Assembly (NCBI GenBank): GCA_965223545.1
Contig: OZ245006.1
Location: forward strand, 6,016,001-6,080,000
DNA from: Planctomycetota bacterium
GTDB lineage: Bacteria > Planctomycetota > UBA1135 > UBA2386
Length of the DNA: 64,000 nucleotides
Direction: 5' to 3'
The notes beneath the pieces are model-generated. The model was not told the DNA's origin, searched no databases, and saw only the letters and a list, made by a program, of their open reading frames with translations. Every line of letters starts with the position of its first letter. Positions within the stretch are counted from its first letter, which is position 1. Both the position numbers and the translations under genes were made by a program. Below are positions 38,301-48,472 of this stretch, piece after piece.

Positions 38301-38677
38301 AGGTTGAGCTGTAGTAGGCCGCCGATGCCGCGCGCGTCGTCCGGCACCACCGCGAGCGCACCACCGCCGGCGAGGATCTCGGTGACCGCGTCGCGATCCA
38401 GGCCGACCGCGTCTTGCACTCCCTCGAGCAGCGGAGCCATCGCATCCTGCAGATCGAAGGCACCGTTCAAGGTGCTGACGATGTGGAACAGGCTCGTGCT
38501 GCGCAGCTGTTCGAAGTGGGGCACGACGTCGTCGAGCGCCGCGAACAGCAGCGTGTCTTGCGGCAGTACCGCACCCCAGCGCTCCAGCGGTGAGGGCTGC
38601 GGCGCCGGGTCCTGTTGTGCCGGTGAGCTGGCCCCGAGGAGGGCGACGAGGCACGCGGCCTTCATGTGCATTGCCAT
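35390..38677 (-). CDS. large composite envelope protein: DUF3352-like + pilin-like segment + HEAT repeats + TM + acidic tail
   Basis: Signal peptide; LPQDTLLFA/IPPDVSAF DUF3352-like repeats; AVAMPSLMAARQEA pilin-like helix; HEAT repeats; TM followed by RRRSRRR; Asp/Glu-rich tail. Confidence 0.65.
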   Translation of the reverse strand: MAMHMKAACLVALLGASSPAQQDPAPQPSPLERWGAVLPQDTLLFAALDDVVPHFEQLRSTSLFHIVSTLNGAFDLQDAMAPLLEGVQDAVGLDRDAVTEILAGGGALAVVPDDARGIGGLLQLNLGAHSEAVAAALDNATQGADASLQATDLDGISMWSTLDEAPIILAVHEGRLVAGTTASLVQNVLSGFRPADDGIGAGDGYRSFVTRATGSGAPLLAIYARFDAIVAHALAMVGDADAERVVGALELDQIADISFTVHARDGLLRDELRLAYPAPRRGLLGALLGPGTPVKPTTGHLIPPDVSAFSVAHIDAIAVYEQLLALLRVAEPRAADMAEEALEGMRGALGIRLEADVLEPLGHQVVSLQWPGEEDATEFAMLLELRNSERLHGTFQRLLERMGASPSTRDRADNTVYSLLDAGLGLPPGFAPQLSFTDNHLVFAANERTMNTALDQLQQPRDNSEALELLATLPPGTTSVSRTSLREAMRSLSTAILGSDTGLDPIAVQTLAQEFDRIEGHAEYRLAIDDREVVLTSASPIGNIYAAGGLAVAGAVAMPSLMAARQEALRQQAVTPTESVRTALLRIHSNQRALWTERERFASLEMLRKDDLVLQEALLPTEHNGVFRTGEYLMHQVMTADERYFAVLAWPSRERTGTVLASLPNRPLLGNDAIAAALGMRTAALTDLYLDGRFGGSMVPGWRDLEQTNIEEHADSTELFSAILQAEQRGIATVPQRVVDALHHSNPAVACRAAFALGELRALDAVPDLCEALTAHPEEAVRLQAMVALNKIADQRSSKAVIQGLLSNNAALRTLAANTLGQLRATEAIEGLLALLEREAGSDRRDRVAALVALADIGDAACLAPAAASVRAEDAHEMKALAYLFQVLSPKLAPPAEVTELGKATGHPAAAVRRYAMQRLAELGSHSTAALPQLQRRATDDEDGQLRALAAMAVRGIEAAQAGTTPATPGSAASKTPSRTTLALGAGGAALVVGLFGLFFLRRRSRRRAEAEDELEAAHAEHEDDLEGDYDDGAEDEDYEDYDDDSDYGDDEDAELEDAPAPVFDAEAEQGEAEAAVATDGDDGWDLDLEDEPRS

Positions 38678-38825
38678 CGATCCCAAGTGGCTGAGGTTCC
38701 GTCCACTTGGTCCTATCGGGTGTCGGTCGCTCTCCCCTTCAGCCAAGCTGGAGGTTCGTAAAGTGACCCAGGGGAGGGTGTCGATATCGGATCGGGCGGT
38801 CCATCTCGGGCCGGCACCTTGGACC

Positions 38826-40529
38826 ATGAGGGAGAACTCGGCAACCACGCACGATCCGATGCCATCGGAGGTGAGCAGCGTCGACGGTCCGCCCGGGGCC
38901 GCCGTGCCGGCCGCCGGATCGGCGGGCTACGAGATCGAATCGGTGGTCGAGATCGAGGATGTTTGGGGTCCCGGCACGTTGCTGCTGGCCAGCGGCGCGC
39001 TCGGCCTGGCGACGGGAGGTGCGGCGTTCCTGCTGCCCCCCGCCGTCGCAGCAGCCGCCGGCGCGGTTGCAGCGGCGGGTGCCGCCGCCCTGTTCTTCCG
39101 GCATCGTCGCGTTCTGCGCCGCGAGTACCTGGGGCCCATTGCCCACGCTGTCGGCGTGATGGAACGGTTCGACCTGCGTGCCCCGGCCGAGCTGCGCGCC
39201 GAGGGCGCGCCCCTGGTCCGGTCGCTGGTGCAGTCGGTGGTCCACGCGCGCGCGGCGATGGTGCAGCGCGAGCGTCTCAGCCAGGCCAACCTGATGTCGG
39301 TCGAGAGCGCGTTCGACCGGATCCACGCCGTGCTGCAGTCGTTGGGCGAAGGCGTCGTGTTGGTGGATGCGCAGGGCCGGGTGATCTTGGCCAACGCGTG
39401 CGCGCGGCGGATCATGCTCAGCGACGGCCGCCCGTTCGAGGGGCGCGAAGTCGGCGAGCTCCTGCCGCCGCGCTTGGCGCGGGTGGTGCGCCGCGGCTTG
39501 GACGCGGTCGGCGGCGATGCTGCGTCGCCGACGTCGGAGCTCAGCGGCCTGCAGGTCGGTAGCCGCTACTACGACATCGCCGTGGTCCGGGTGGAGGGCA
39601 AGGACCAGTCCGGCACGCTGGGGACGGTGATCAGCCTGATCGACGTGACCCGCAACCACGAGATCGCGCGACTCAAAGAAGAGTTCTTGTCGTCGATTTC
39701 GCACGAGCTGCGGACGCCGCTGACCAACATCTGCGCGTTCACCGAGATTCTCGAGGGGGTCACCCCGAACAACGACAACGACTGGCGCGAGTTCCTCGGC
39801 ATCGTGCAATCGGAGAGCCAGCGCCTGATGGACCTCGTCGACGACATCCTGCAGCACAGCAGGCTGATGCGCGGCGAGAAGGACGTCGTCTTGGAGCACG
39901 TCGACGTCGGTGAGGTGATGCAGACCGTCACCGGCCTGTTCGGCGCCCGCACCGAGGCCTCGGGGGTCGAGCTGCAGGTGCGCGCCGCGGCGGACGAGAT
40001 CGTCGCCCTCGGCGATCACGACGCGATGCGCCAGGTGTTGTCTCGCTTGGTCGACAACGCGCTCAAGTTCACGCCGGCCGGGGGCACGGTCGTGGTCGGC
40101 GCCAAGACCACGGAAGCGTCGGTCGAGGTGTTCGTCGAGGACTCGGGGCGGGGCATTCCGGCCGAGTACCACGAGTGTGTGTTCGAGGGCTTCCGGCAGA
40201 TCGGCGACCACATGACGGACAAGCCGTCCGGCGCCGGCCTGGGGCTCTCGATCTGTCGCAGCCTGGTCAATCTGATGGGCGGCCACATCTGGTGCTCCAA
40301 CGCCGAGCTCGGCGGTGCGCGGCTGACGTTCGTCGTGCCGCGCGCAGGCGTCGGGGCGGACCGCGTCGACGATGACGTTGTCGCGTCCGACGCCGCGCCG
40401 GACCTCGATGCGATCCCGGCGCCGTTGTCGGCCGAGGCCGACGACAGCGTTGTCGACTCCGCCAACGCCGAGCAACTCGAGGTGGAGCAGGTCGCGCCGG
40501 CCGAACGCAACGACCCGACCGACGACTGA
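38826..40529 (+). CDS. membrane PAS-domain sensor histidine kinase
   Basis: Two TMs, PAS (GEGVVLVDAQGRVILAN), H-box SHELRTPLT, N-box LVDNALKFT, G1 DSGRGIP, G2 GAGLGLSI. Confidence 0.92.
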   Translation: MRENSATTHDPMPSEVSSVDGPPGAAVPAAGSAGYEIESVVEIEDVWGPGTLLLASGALGLATGGAAFLLPPAVAAAAGAVAAAGAAALFFRHRRVLRREYLGPIAHAVGVMERFDLRAPAELRAEGAPLVRSLVQSVVHARAAMVQRERLSQANLMSVESAFDRIHAVLQSLGEGVVLVDAQGRVILANACARRIMLSDGRPFEGREVGELLPPRLARVVRRGLDAVGGDAASPTSELSGLQVGSRYYDIAVVRVEGKDQSGTLGTVISLIDVTRNHEIARLKEEFLSSISHELRTPLTNICAFTEILEGVTPNNDNDWREFLGIVQSESQRLMDLVDDILQHSRLMRGEKDVVLEHVDVGEVMQTVTGLFGARTEASGVELQVRAAADEIVALGDHDAMRQVLSRLVDNALKFTPAGGTVVVGAKTTEASVEVFVEDSGRGIPAEYHECVFEGFRQIGDHMTDKPSGAGLGLSICRSLVNLMGGHIWCSNAELGGARLTFVVPRAGVGADRVDDDVVASDAAPDLDAIPAPLSAEADDSVVDSANAEQLEVEQVAPAERNDPTDD

Positions 40530-40533
40530 GCCT

Positions 40534-40583
40534 CCGGCGCCTCGAATCTTCGAGCTTCGACAACATTCTCGAGGCGACGTCGC
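40534..40583 (+). repeat. 50-bp palindromic repeat, left copy of inverted pair
   Basis: 46/50 identical to the reverse complement of 41698-41747; internal stem cgcctcga/tcgaggcg. Confidence 0.85.
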
Positions 40584-40607
40584 TGTCATGGCAAGGTCGC
40601 CGCTGCG

Positions 40608-40725
40608 CCGGAGGCTCGGAGAGACAGTGCCTCCTGGCTCAGCGCGGCGGCGGATGGGGCAGGCTTTCCAAGCCGCTCCGACACAAGCGGCATCCGAGTT
40701 TGGTTGCGGCCGTGGCCGCGCTGAG
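40608..40725 (+). repeat. MITE-like dispersed repeat, copy A
   Basis: 11-bp inverted ends ctcagcgcggc (40638)/gccgcgctgag (40715); the terminal 28 nt are 26/28 identical to 61348-61375. Confidence 0.7.
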
Positions 40726-40797
40726 GCTCGATGCCCGGCGTAAGGACGTTGGACGTGGAGAGTCGCGGGCTCCCCTGACCGCGACCGGGTGCCGGGT

Positions 40798-41598
40798 CTA
40801 CTTCGGCAAGTCCTCGAGAAGCCGAGCCAGTTCGTCCCATTCCGTTCCCGTCGGCACGTGGCCGCCCACCATGACGACTACCGGCCATCCCCGAGCCTTC
40901 GCTCGTGCCGCAAACGGCGCGAAGTCGTCATCCGCCTCGTCCACGCCCGCCTCGACCGTCAAGATGTACTTCCCCGGGATCGCGCGCGCCGCCGGATTGT
41001 CGAGCGTGAGTTCTTCGGTAAGCGTACGAACCGGTTGTGGAGTACGACGATCTTGCCCCGTAGCGACTTCAGCTCCACCCGGCGGGCCTGGCGGAGCGAT
41101 CAGGCCGTCCTTTGCGGATGCGACCAAGTGTTTGCGGAATGCTTCTCTCTTCTGTCCCCGCGAAGCGGTGATCAGACTCTCCCCGTTTTCCGGTAGGAAG
41201 GCGTCGACGAAGATCAAGCACCGGATCCGTTCCGGGATCCGATCAGAGACCCCCTGAGGCACCATACCGCCATAGCTGTGAGCGACGAGTACAACGTCGT
41301 TCAAGTCTTCAAAGACAATTGTATTGACGACGTCTTCGATGTGCGTGCTCAGGCCCACTTCGGGCGTGGAGAGATGCACGCGTTCACCAAGTCCAGTCAA
41401 AGTCGGCCTGTAGACGGTGTGTCCACGCGCGGTGAGAGCTGACTCCAAAGGCGTGTAAGCCCAGCCGCCTCCCCACGCGCCGTGGACAACGACGTACGTG
41501 TGGTGGTCTTCGGCGTTCGCTGTGGAGTTGGAGGTCGCTGAACAGGAGACGAGGGCGGTCAGCACACCAAGTGCCGCAGCGGCGCTTCTGAGATTCAT
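40798..41598 (-). CDS. alpha/beta hydrolase (methylesterase/SABP2-like) lipoprotein
   Basis: VHGAWGGGW, PTLTGLGER, AHSYGG nucleophile elbow, GGHVP; lipobox LVSC; visibly lower GC3 than flanking genes. Confidence 0.85.
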   Translation of the reverse strand: MNLRSAAAALGVLTALVSCSATSNSTANAEDHHTYVVVHGAWGGGWAYTPLESALTARGHTVYRPTLTGLGERVHLSTPEVGLSTHIEDVVNTIVFEDLNDVVLVAHSYGGMVPQGVSDRIPERIRCLIFVDAFLPENGESLITASRGQKREAFRKHLVASAKDGLIAPPGPPGGAEVATGQDRRTPQPVRTLTEELTLDNPAARAIPGKYILTVEAGVDEADDDFAPFAARAKARGWPVVVMVGGHVPTGTEWDELARLLEDLPK

Positions 41599-41697
41599 GT
41601 CGGAGTCCTCGCCATGGCCTAGAGCGGGGTGGCGTGCAGTGAGTCTAACTTCCACGGCGGTGCCCCTCCACCCGGCGGCGCGCGGCTGGCCTTCTCG

Positions 41698-41747
41698 GCG
41701 ACGTCGCCTCGAAGATGTTGTCGAAGCTCGACGGTTCGAGGCGCCGG
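41698..41747 (-). repeat. 50-bp palindromic repeat, right copy of inverted pair
   Basis: Reverse complement ccggcgcctcgaaccgtcgagcttcgacaacatcttcgaggcgacgtcgc matches 40534-40583. Confidence 0.85.
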
Positions 41748-41754
41748 GACGCTG

Positions 41755-42156
41755 TCAGCTCTCCTGCCAGCTGACGATCGCCGGCAGAGCGTCGGGCGCG
41801 GTGGCGGCCAACAACACGTCGATTCCGGCGGCGCGGCGACCGCCCAGGCTCGCGCGCACCCGCACCCGCCATCGGCTCGTTGCACCGGCCTCCGCCAGCA
41901 CCGAGATGTCGATCCGGCACCGGCCGATACCGAGTTCGGCACCGCGGTAGCTGGGGTCGTGCCGCAACGCGGCCCGTGCCGCCTGGACACCGCCCTGGGC
42001 CGCGTAGAGCGCGGTCAGGCGGTCCGCGTACCGCGCGTCGCTGGTCGCCAGCGCGTCGGTGCCGGAGCGCAACGCGGTGTACGCCGCTCCCAGCACGGTC
42101 GCGATCAGGAGCGCGAACACCAGGACTGCGCCGTGCTCGTTGCGGCGGCGCATCAT
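41755..42156 (-). CDS. PilX/GspK-like minor pilin
   Basis: RRRNEHG|AVLVFALLI (no Glu5) and ALYAAQGGV..A, typical of PilX N-termini. Confidence 0.7.
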   Translation of the reverse strand: MMRRRNEHGAVLVFALLIATVLGAAYTALRSGTDALATSDARYADRLTALYAAQGGVQAARAALRHDPSYRGAELGIGRCRIDISVLAEAGATSRWRVRVRASLGGRRAAGIDVLLAATAPDALPAIVSWQES

Positions 42157-42659
42157 CGTCCTGTCCTCGGCGGCTGTGCGGCGTCGGCGTGGGCGCGACA
42201 GCGAGCGGAGGTCTCCAACACGCCACCCGCTTCGGCGCCTGCTCTGCGCGGCGCGATCTCCAGGCTGATGTCGACCAATGGCAGGTGCACGCGGACCTCG
42301 AGAGTCCGGATCCGGTGCGCCACGACTTCGACCCGGTCGCCGCAGCGGCGCAGCAGGGTGCCGTCCTCGATCGCGTACCGCACCTCACCGGCCGGCCCGC
42401 GCAGCACCGCGCCGTTCGCGGTGGGAGTGGCCTCGCTGGCGCGGCGCACGTCGGCGGTGAACCGCGAGAGCGCGCTCCGGCTGTGCAGGATGTCGTCGAC
42501 GTAGCCGGTCGCGGTGCGACCCTGCCGTGTGAGCTGCGCGGTGAGCGACAGCGCAGCACTGCCGAGCAACGTGAGCAGCATCAGCGCCGCGGTCGTCTCG
42601 ATCAGGGTGAGGCCGGTCGCCCGGCGGCTCCGTCGCGTCATCGGCAACCGTTGGGTCAT
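42153..42659 (-). CDS. type IV pilin-like protein (GspJ/PilW-like)
   Basis: Prepilin site RRATG|LTLIE; RFTADVRRA. Confidence 0.75.
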   Translation of the reverse strand: MTQRLPMTRRSRRATGLTLIETTAALMLLTLLGSAALSLTAQLTRQGRTATGYVDDILHSRSALSRFTADVRRASEATPTANGAVLRGPAGEVRYAIEDGTLLRRCGDRVEVVAHRIRTLEVRVHLPLVDISLEIAPRRAGAEAGGVLETSARCRAHADAAQPPRTGR

Positions 42660-43042
42660 CGGTGCGGGGGGAGCAGGGTCACCAGGGCGGCGTGTTGTCG
42701 GTGCGGTCGGTCCGGTGCGTGCCAGCTGACCTCGGCGCGGACCTCGTAGCAGCCATCGGGCCGCAGGCGGATCTCCCGCAGCCCCGCGGCGCGCGGCAGT
42801 GTGCGCCGGGCGGAGTCGGGCAGCGTGAACGCGTGACGACCGGCCTGCAGCGGCTTCCCATCGTCGATGCTCTCCAGCTGGGCGGCGGCCAGTGCCAGCG
42901 CCGCGGTGTGGCGGTGCGCGTTGGCGATGCGGTGGATTCCGTCGCGCTGGCCGACCGCGAACGCGCTCGCCAGCACGCTGAGAATGGCGAAGCCACACGC
43001 GACTTCGACCAGCGTGTAGCCCGCGGCCCGCCGCCGCCTCAC
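42656..43042 (-). CDS. type IV pilin-like protein (GspI/PilV-like)
   Basis: Prepilin site RRAAG|YTLVEV; LAAAQLE; VRAEVSW. Confidence 0.75.
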   Translation of the reverse strand: MRRRRAAGYTLVEVACGFAILSVLASAFAVGQRDGIHRIANAHRHTAALALAAAQLESIDDGKPLQAGRHAFTLPDSARRTLPRAAGLREIRLRPDGCYEVRAEVSWHAPDRPHRQHAALVTLLPPHR

Positions 43043-44148
43043 CACAGGTTTGCCTCGGCGTGGAAGCGGTGGATCAGGCCGAACACGCCGGCGAACTGCA
43101 CCGCCAGCAGAACGCCGAACAGCACCACCGCGATCGGGTGCACCCACCGCATCCAGCGGTCGACGTGCCGTTGGAGGCGGATGGCACACTCGTCGGCCAG
43201 GCCCGCCAGCGACCGCGCCAGCGTCGGCGCCGGTGCGTCCGAGGCCAGCGCGGCGCGCACCGCGGCGAACTCGGGCAGCGCCGTGCGCGCCCACGCCGCC
43301 TGCGGCTCGACGCCTTCTTCGATCGCCTGCGCGGCGGCGACGGCGGCGCCGCTGAGGCGCGTGCTACCGGTGGCCGGGGCCGAGCGGCGCAGCGCCTCGG
43401 GCAACGGCAACCCGGCGCCGACCAACGCGCCGGTGCTGCGCAGCAGACGCTCGCCACCCGCCAGCCGCGCGATGGTGTCGAGAAAGGCGGCGCGGCGCGT
43501 CACCGCGTCGGCCAGCCGACGCAGCGGTTCGGCCCGGCCGCCCAGCAGCTGGTAGGTGATGCCGATGCCGACCACCGCCATCACTCCGAGCATGAGTGCC
43601 GTGGTGAGCCGCGCGATCCACACCGACGCCGAGCTCATCACGGTGCCGTCGCCCGCCAGCGTTTCGTGGCCGAAGCCCGCGAACTCGAGGTAGAAGGTCT
43701 GCAGCCCGATCAGGAAGGCGCCCAGACAGATCGGGTAGAACATGGTCATCGACAGGCGATGCCGCGCCGCCAGCGCCTGGGTCGTGTCGACCGACAGCGA
43801 GGTCAGCGTGGTCGGCAGCTCGGCGGTGCCCTCCGACGCGCGGATCGCGGCGATGATGCGCAGCGGAAACAGCGGTCGCGCCTGCTCGGCGAGCGCGCGG
43901 CTGAGGCTCGCGCCCGCGTTGATGTCGGCGGCGAGCGCCGCCAGCAGCCGCCGCGTTCCCGCTGGGTGTTCCTCGCTGGCGCGCTGCAGCAGCGGGCCCA
44001 AGGGCACCGCGCGGCGCGTGCCGGTCGCCATCAGCGTCAGCAGCTGACCGCGCAGATCGAGCTTGCGCCGCATCAGGTAGATCGGCACGAACAGCGCCGC
44101 GATCAGCGCACCGAGCAGGATCAGAGTGATGCCGAAGAAGGTGGGCAT
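43039..44148 (-). CDS. GspF/PilC-family platform protein (paralog 2)
   Basis: Two T2SSF repeats (INAGASLSRAL, SEGTAELP, MFYP; GAGLPLPEAL, AIEEG, VHPIAVV). Confidence 0.8.
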   Translation of the reverse strand: MPTFFGITLILLGALIAALFVPIYLMRRKLDLRGQLLTLMATGTRRAVPLGPLLQRASEEHPAGTRRLLAALAADINAGASLSRALAEQARPLFPLRIIAAIRASEGTAELPTTLTSLSVDTTQALAARHRLSMTMFYPICLGAFLIGLQTFYLEFAGFGHETLAGDGTVMSSASVWIARLTTALMLGVMAVVGIGITYQLLGGRAEPLRRLADAVTRRAAFLDTIARLAGGERLLRSTGALVGAGLPLPEALRRSAPATGSTRLSGAAVAAAQAIEEGVEPQAAWARTALPEFAAVRAALASDAPAPTLARSLAGLADECAIRLQRHVDRWMRWVHPIAVVLFGVLLAVQFAGVFGLIHRFHAEANLW

Positions 44149-44165
44149 GGCAGGCGCCGCCGTCC

Positions 44166-45240
44166 TTACGGCGACATCGCGTCGGCGTACTGCACCATGG
44201 GCAGCAGGTAGCTCATGGCGAAGCCCAGCACGATGATGCCGAGCATCAGCTCGGCCAGCGGCGTCGCCATCGCACAGAGCCGGTCCACCGATCGGTCGAG
44301 TCGTTCGCGGTAGATCCGGGCGACGTCGTCGAGCGCGTCCGAGGCCGAGCCGCTCGACTCGGCGGCTTCCACCAACCACAACAGGCTGGGCGAGATCAGA
44401 TCGCCGGCGCGGACCGAGTCGGTCAGGTTGGCGCCCTCTTCGGCCCGGCTCGACATCCGCTGGATGCACTCGCGCACGCGGTTGTCATCGGTGGCCGTGG
44501 CGCTCAGCATCAGCGCTTGCGGCAGCGACAGGCCGCGCCGCGCCAGCAGCGCCATGGTGGAGGCAAACGAGGCCTTGGCCGCGAACAGGCGCAGCCGGCC
44601 CACCAGTGGCAGTCGGTAGCCGATGCCGTCGAGGGCCGAGCCGGGGTCGAGCGGGCTGCGCAGCCAGGCGAAGGTGATCGCCGCGACCGTGACCAGCACC
44701 AGCAAGCCCAGGCCGCTGGCGGCCGGGATCCAGGTGGTGGTCGACGGCGCCACGGTCTCCGCACTCATCGCCGCGGTCAGATCGAGCAGCGACGCGCTGA
44801 GGTGGGGCCCGACGAACAACACCAAGATCGAGCCCAGGGCGACGACGAAGCCGGCGGCGACCGCCGGGTAGGCCAGCGCCTGGCGCAGCCGGTCCACCGT
44901 CGCCGCGCGCTCGTGGGCATGGTGGGCGATCTCGTCGAGCACGCCGGGGAGGTTGCCCGAGCGGATGCCGGCGTCGACCAACGCGCGGTACAGCTTGGGA
45001 AAGTGCCGCTGGTGCTGGCCGTAGGCGTCGCCGAGGGGCACTCCGTTCTCGATGGCCTCGGCCATCGCGCCGACCGCTTGCCGCAGCTTGCCGCGGCGCA
45101 GGTCGGATTGGAGCAGTCGCAGCGCTCTGGGCAGTGGCACTTGCGCGCGGCACAGCTCGGCGAGCGTGCGGTGGAACAGCGCCATGTCGTCGGCGGCCGC
45201 CCCCGGCGACTTCGCGACCGGCTTGGCGGGTGCCTGGCCT

Positions 45241-45260
<20 letters not shown>
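44166..45260 (-). CDS. GspF/PilC-family platform protein (paralog 1)
   Basis: FHRTLAEL..AQVPLPRAL, AGIRSGNLPGVL, ALAYP, EEGANL, AESSG, TPLAEL; GGAGG RBS. Confidence 0.88.
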
Positions 45261-46356
<1,096 letters not shown>

Positions 46357-46463
46357 TCCTTCCTTTGGTGGGGGACCGACTTCACCCGTTGCTATCGGAC
46401 GGTGAGCGGTGGCGCCTTGATGCCGGTGGTGGCGCTGCACGTTCGTGCGGATCGCGCACCCGG

Positions 46464-47111
46464 TCAGTCGCGGTGGGCGGGCAGGGTCTGCGGCGCGGCG
46501 GCATCGCCGCTCAACCAGAACGCGTCCCCGCTCCAGCGCCGGGCGGTGCCGTCGCCGACCAACACGGCGGCCCCGCGGCCGATGCCCAGGCCGAGCGCCG
46601 AAGGGGAGCGCGCCAGGCGCTGGCGGAGGCCGGCCCAAGCGGCGGCCTCGTCGTGCACGGCAACCCAGGCGTCGACGATGCCCAGGCCGCCGCGCCCCAT
46701 CTGCACCGCACCCGCCGACACGCCCACCAGCACCGCGCCGGCGGCGCGGCGGGCGGCGAGCTGCGCGTCGACGCCGGCGGTGCGGAATGCGCGCCAACCG
46801 CGGTCCGGGTCGCCCCCCGACAGCACGAGCAGGTCGGCGGCGTCGATCGCCGCGCGCGCCGCGTCGTCGAATGGCGCCGCGGCGTGGAGGTGTCGGCAGA
46901 TGCCAGCGCCCTGCATCGCGGCGGCGAAGACGTCGTAGTACTCCGGCAGATCGCCGTTGGCGGCGCCCAGATAGACCGCGCGCAGCGCGCCGCGATCGCG
47001 GCTGCCGAGCAGCGCGTCCCACAGCGAGGTGCCGCCGGCGGCCCGCGCGAACAGGGGGCGGCTGTCGGCGGTCAGAGCGGCCAGGGAGTGGGGCGACATC
47101 GCGGCCGGCAT
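46464..47111 (-). CDS. peptidase S51 family (dipeptidase E/cyanophycinase-like)
   Basis: YLGAANGD, LVLSGGD, GVSAGA nucleophile, VHDE, GLGI. Confidence 0.75.
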   Translation of the reverse strand: MPAAMSPHSLAALTADSRPLFARAAGGTSLWDALLGSRDRGALRAVYLGAANGDLPEYYDVFAAAMQGAGICRHLHAAAPFDDAARAAIDAADLLVLSGGDPDRGWRAFRTAGVDAQLAARRAAGAVLVGVSAGAVQMGRGGLGIVDAWVAVHDEAAAWAGLRQRLARSPSALGLGIGRGAAVLVGDGTARRWSGDAFWLSGDAAAPQTLPAHRD

Positions 47112-47140
47112 CCTGCCATAATCGCGGCCCGCGTTCTTCG

Positions 47141-48397
47141 ATGCTGGTCCACGCCGATCGCCCCGCCGACCGGGCCGCGCGCGCGCGGATCAGAGCCGCG
47201 GCCGCCGCCGCCGGTTTCGACCTCGCCGGCGCGCACCTGCTGCGCACGTCGTCCCGGCTGTGCCTGAGCGTCGAGCACGGCGACTACAACGGCACGCCGC
47301 TGTTCGGCATCGGCACCGATCGCTGCCTGTGGATCGCCGCCAAGCCGCGACCCGGAGGCGAAGTGCGCTTCCTGTCCATCGCCTTTGCCGGCGAGGGCAT
47401 CGTCCGCTACCGCGCCGGCGCGGCGCCGTCTCCGTCACCCGCCGCCACGGGGTGGGGGCGCTACGCGCGGGGCGCCGACTGGGTGCTGCGGCGCGCCGGC
47501 CATCGGCCGCGCCAGGGCTTCGATGCGATTGTCGACAGCGACATTCCCGGCGGCGGCATGTCGCGCTCGGCGGCGCTGTCGCTCAACCTGCTGCTGACCG
47601 TCCTGCGCCTGGAGCACCCCGACGCGGACCTCGAAGGGCTGGCGCCGCGCATGCAGTTCGCGCAGTGGGGACAGGCGGTCGAGGCGGACTACGCCGGAGT
47701 GCCGTGTGGCATCCTCGATCCGCTGATCATCGCGCACGCGCGGGCCGATGCCGGCGTCTGGTACGAGCCGGGCGCCGACCGCGCCGAGTGCGTGCCGTTG
47801 CCGGCGGGTGCGGAGGCGGCCGCGCGCTTCGTCGCGCTCGACACCGGCGTCGCCCGCGCCGGTCTCGAGCACTCGACCTACCCGCGCCGGCGGGCCGAGT
47901 GCGAGCGGCTGGTGCGGCTGGCGCAGCCGGAGTTCGGTATCCGCGCGCTGGCCGAGGTCCGCGACGGGGCGATGCTCGCGGCGTTGTTTCGCCGCTTCGC
48001 CGGCGAGCCGAAGCTGTGCGCGCGCCTGGCCTACGTCTTCACCGCCCAGCTGCGACTGCCGCGCCTGCTGGCGGCGTGGCGCGCCGGCGACTGGCGCGGC
48101 GTCGGGCGGGTGCTGCGCGCCGACGGGGTCGGGCTGCGCGATCTCTACCGGATCTCGGGCCCGGAGCTGGAGGCGATGTGCAGTATCGCCCGCGGGGTGC
48201 CGGGCGTGTACGGCGAGCGCATGCTCGGCGGCGGCGACGCCGGCGCGGCCGGCGCGATCGTGCGGCCCGACGCCGTCGAGGAGCTGCGCTGTGCGGTGGC
48301 GCGCGAGTACCCGCGGCGGCACCCGGCCGCCGCCCCGCGCGCCGCCGTGCACGAGCTGCAGTTGATCGACGGCATCGCGGCGCTGGCACCGCTCTGA
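47141..48397 (+). CDS. divergent galactokinase-family GHMP kinase
   Basis: SRLCLSVEHGDYNG, WGRYARG, PGGGMSRSAA, CGILDP, YPRRRAEC, LRDLYRISGPELE, GERMLGGG. Confidence 0.75.
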   Translation: MLVHADRPADRAARARIRAAAAAAGFDLAGAHLLRTSSRLCLSVEHGDYNGTPLFGIGTDRCLWIAAKPRPGGEVRFLSIAFAGEGIVRYRAGAAPSPSPAATGWGRYARGADWVLRRAGHRPRQGFDAIVDSDIPGGGMSRSAALSLNLLLTVLRLEHPDADLEGLAPRMQFAQWGQAVEADYAGVPCGILDPLIIAHARADAGVWYEPGADRAECVPLPAGAEAAARFVALDTGVARAGLEHSTYPRRRAECERLVRLAQPEFGIRALAEVRDGAMLAALFRRFAGEPKLCARLAYVFTAQLRLPRLLAAWRAGDWRGVGRVLRADGVGLRDLYRISGPELEAMCSIARGVPGVYGERMLGGGDAGAAGAIVRPDAVEELRCAVAREYPRRHPAAAPRAAVHELQLIDGIAALAPL

Positions 48398-48472
48398 TCG
48401 AGTCGGGGGCGGTCGAACGCCGAAGAGATCCGATGCCGGGCCCTGCGCCCGGTCGACCTCGAGCCATCCTGC

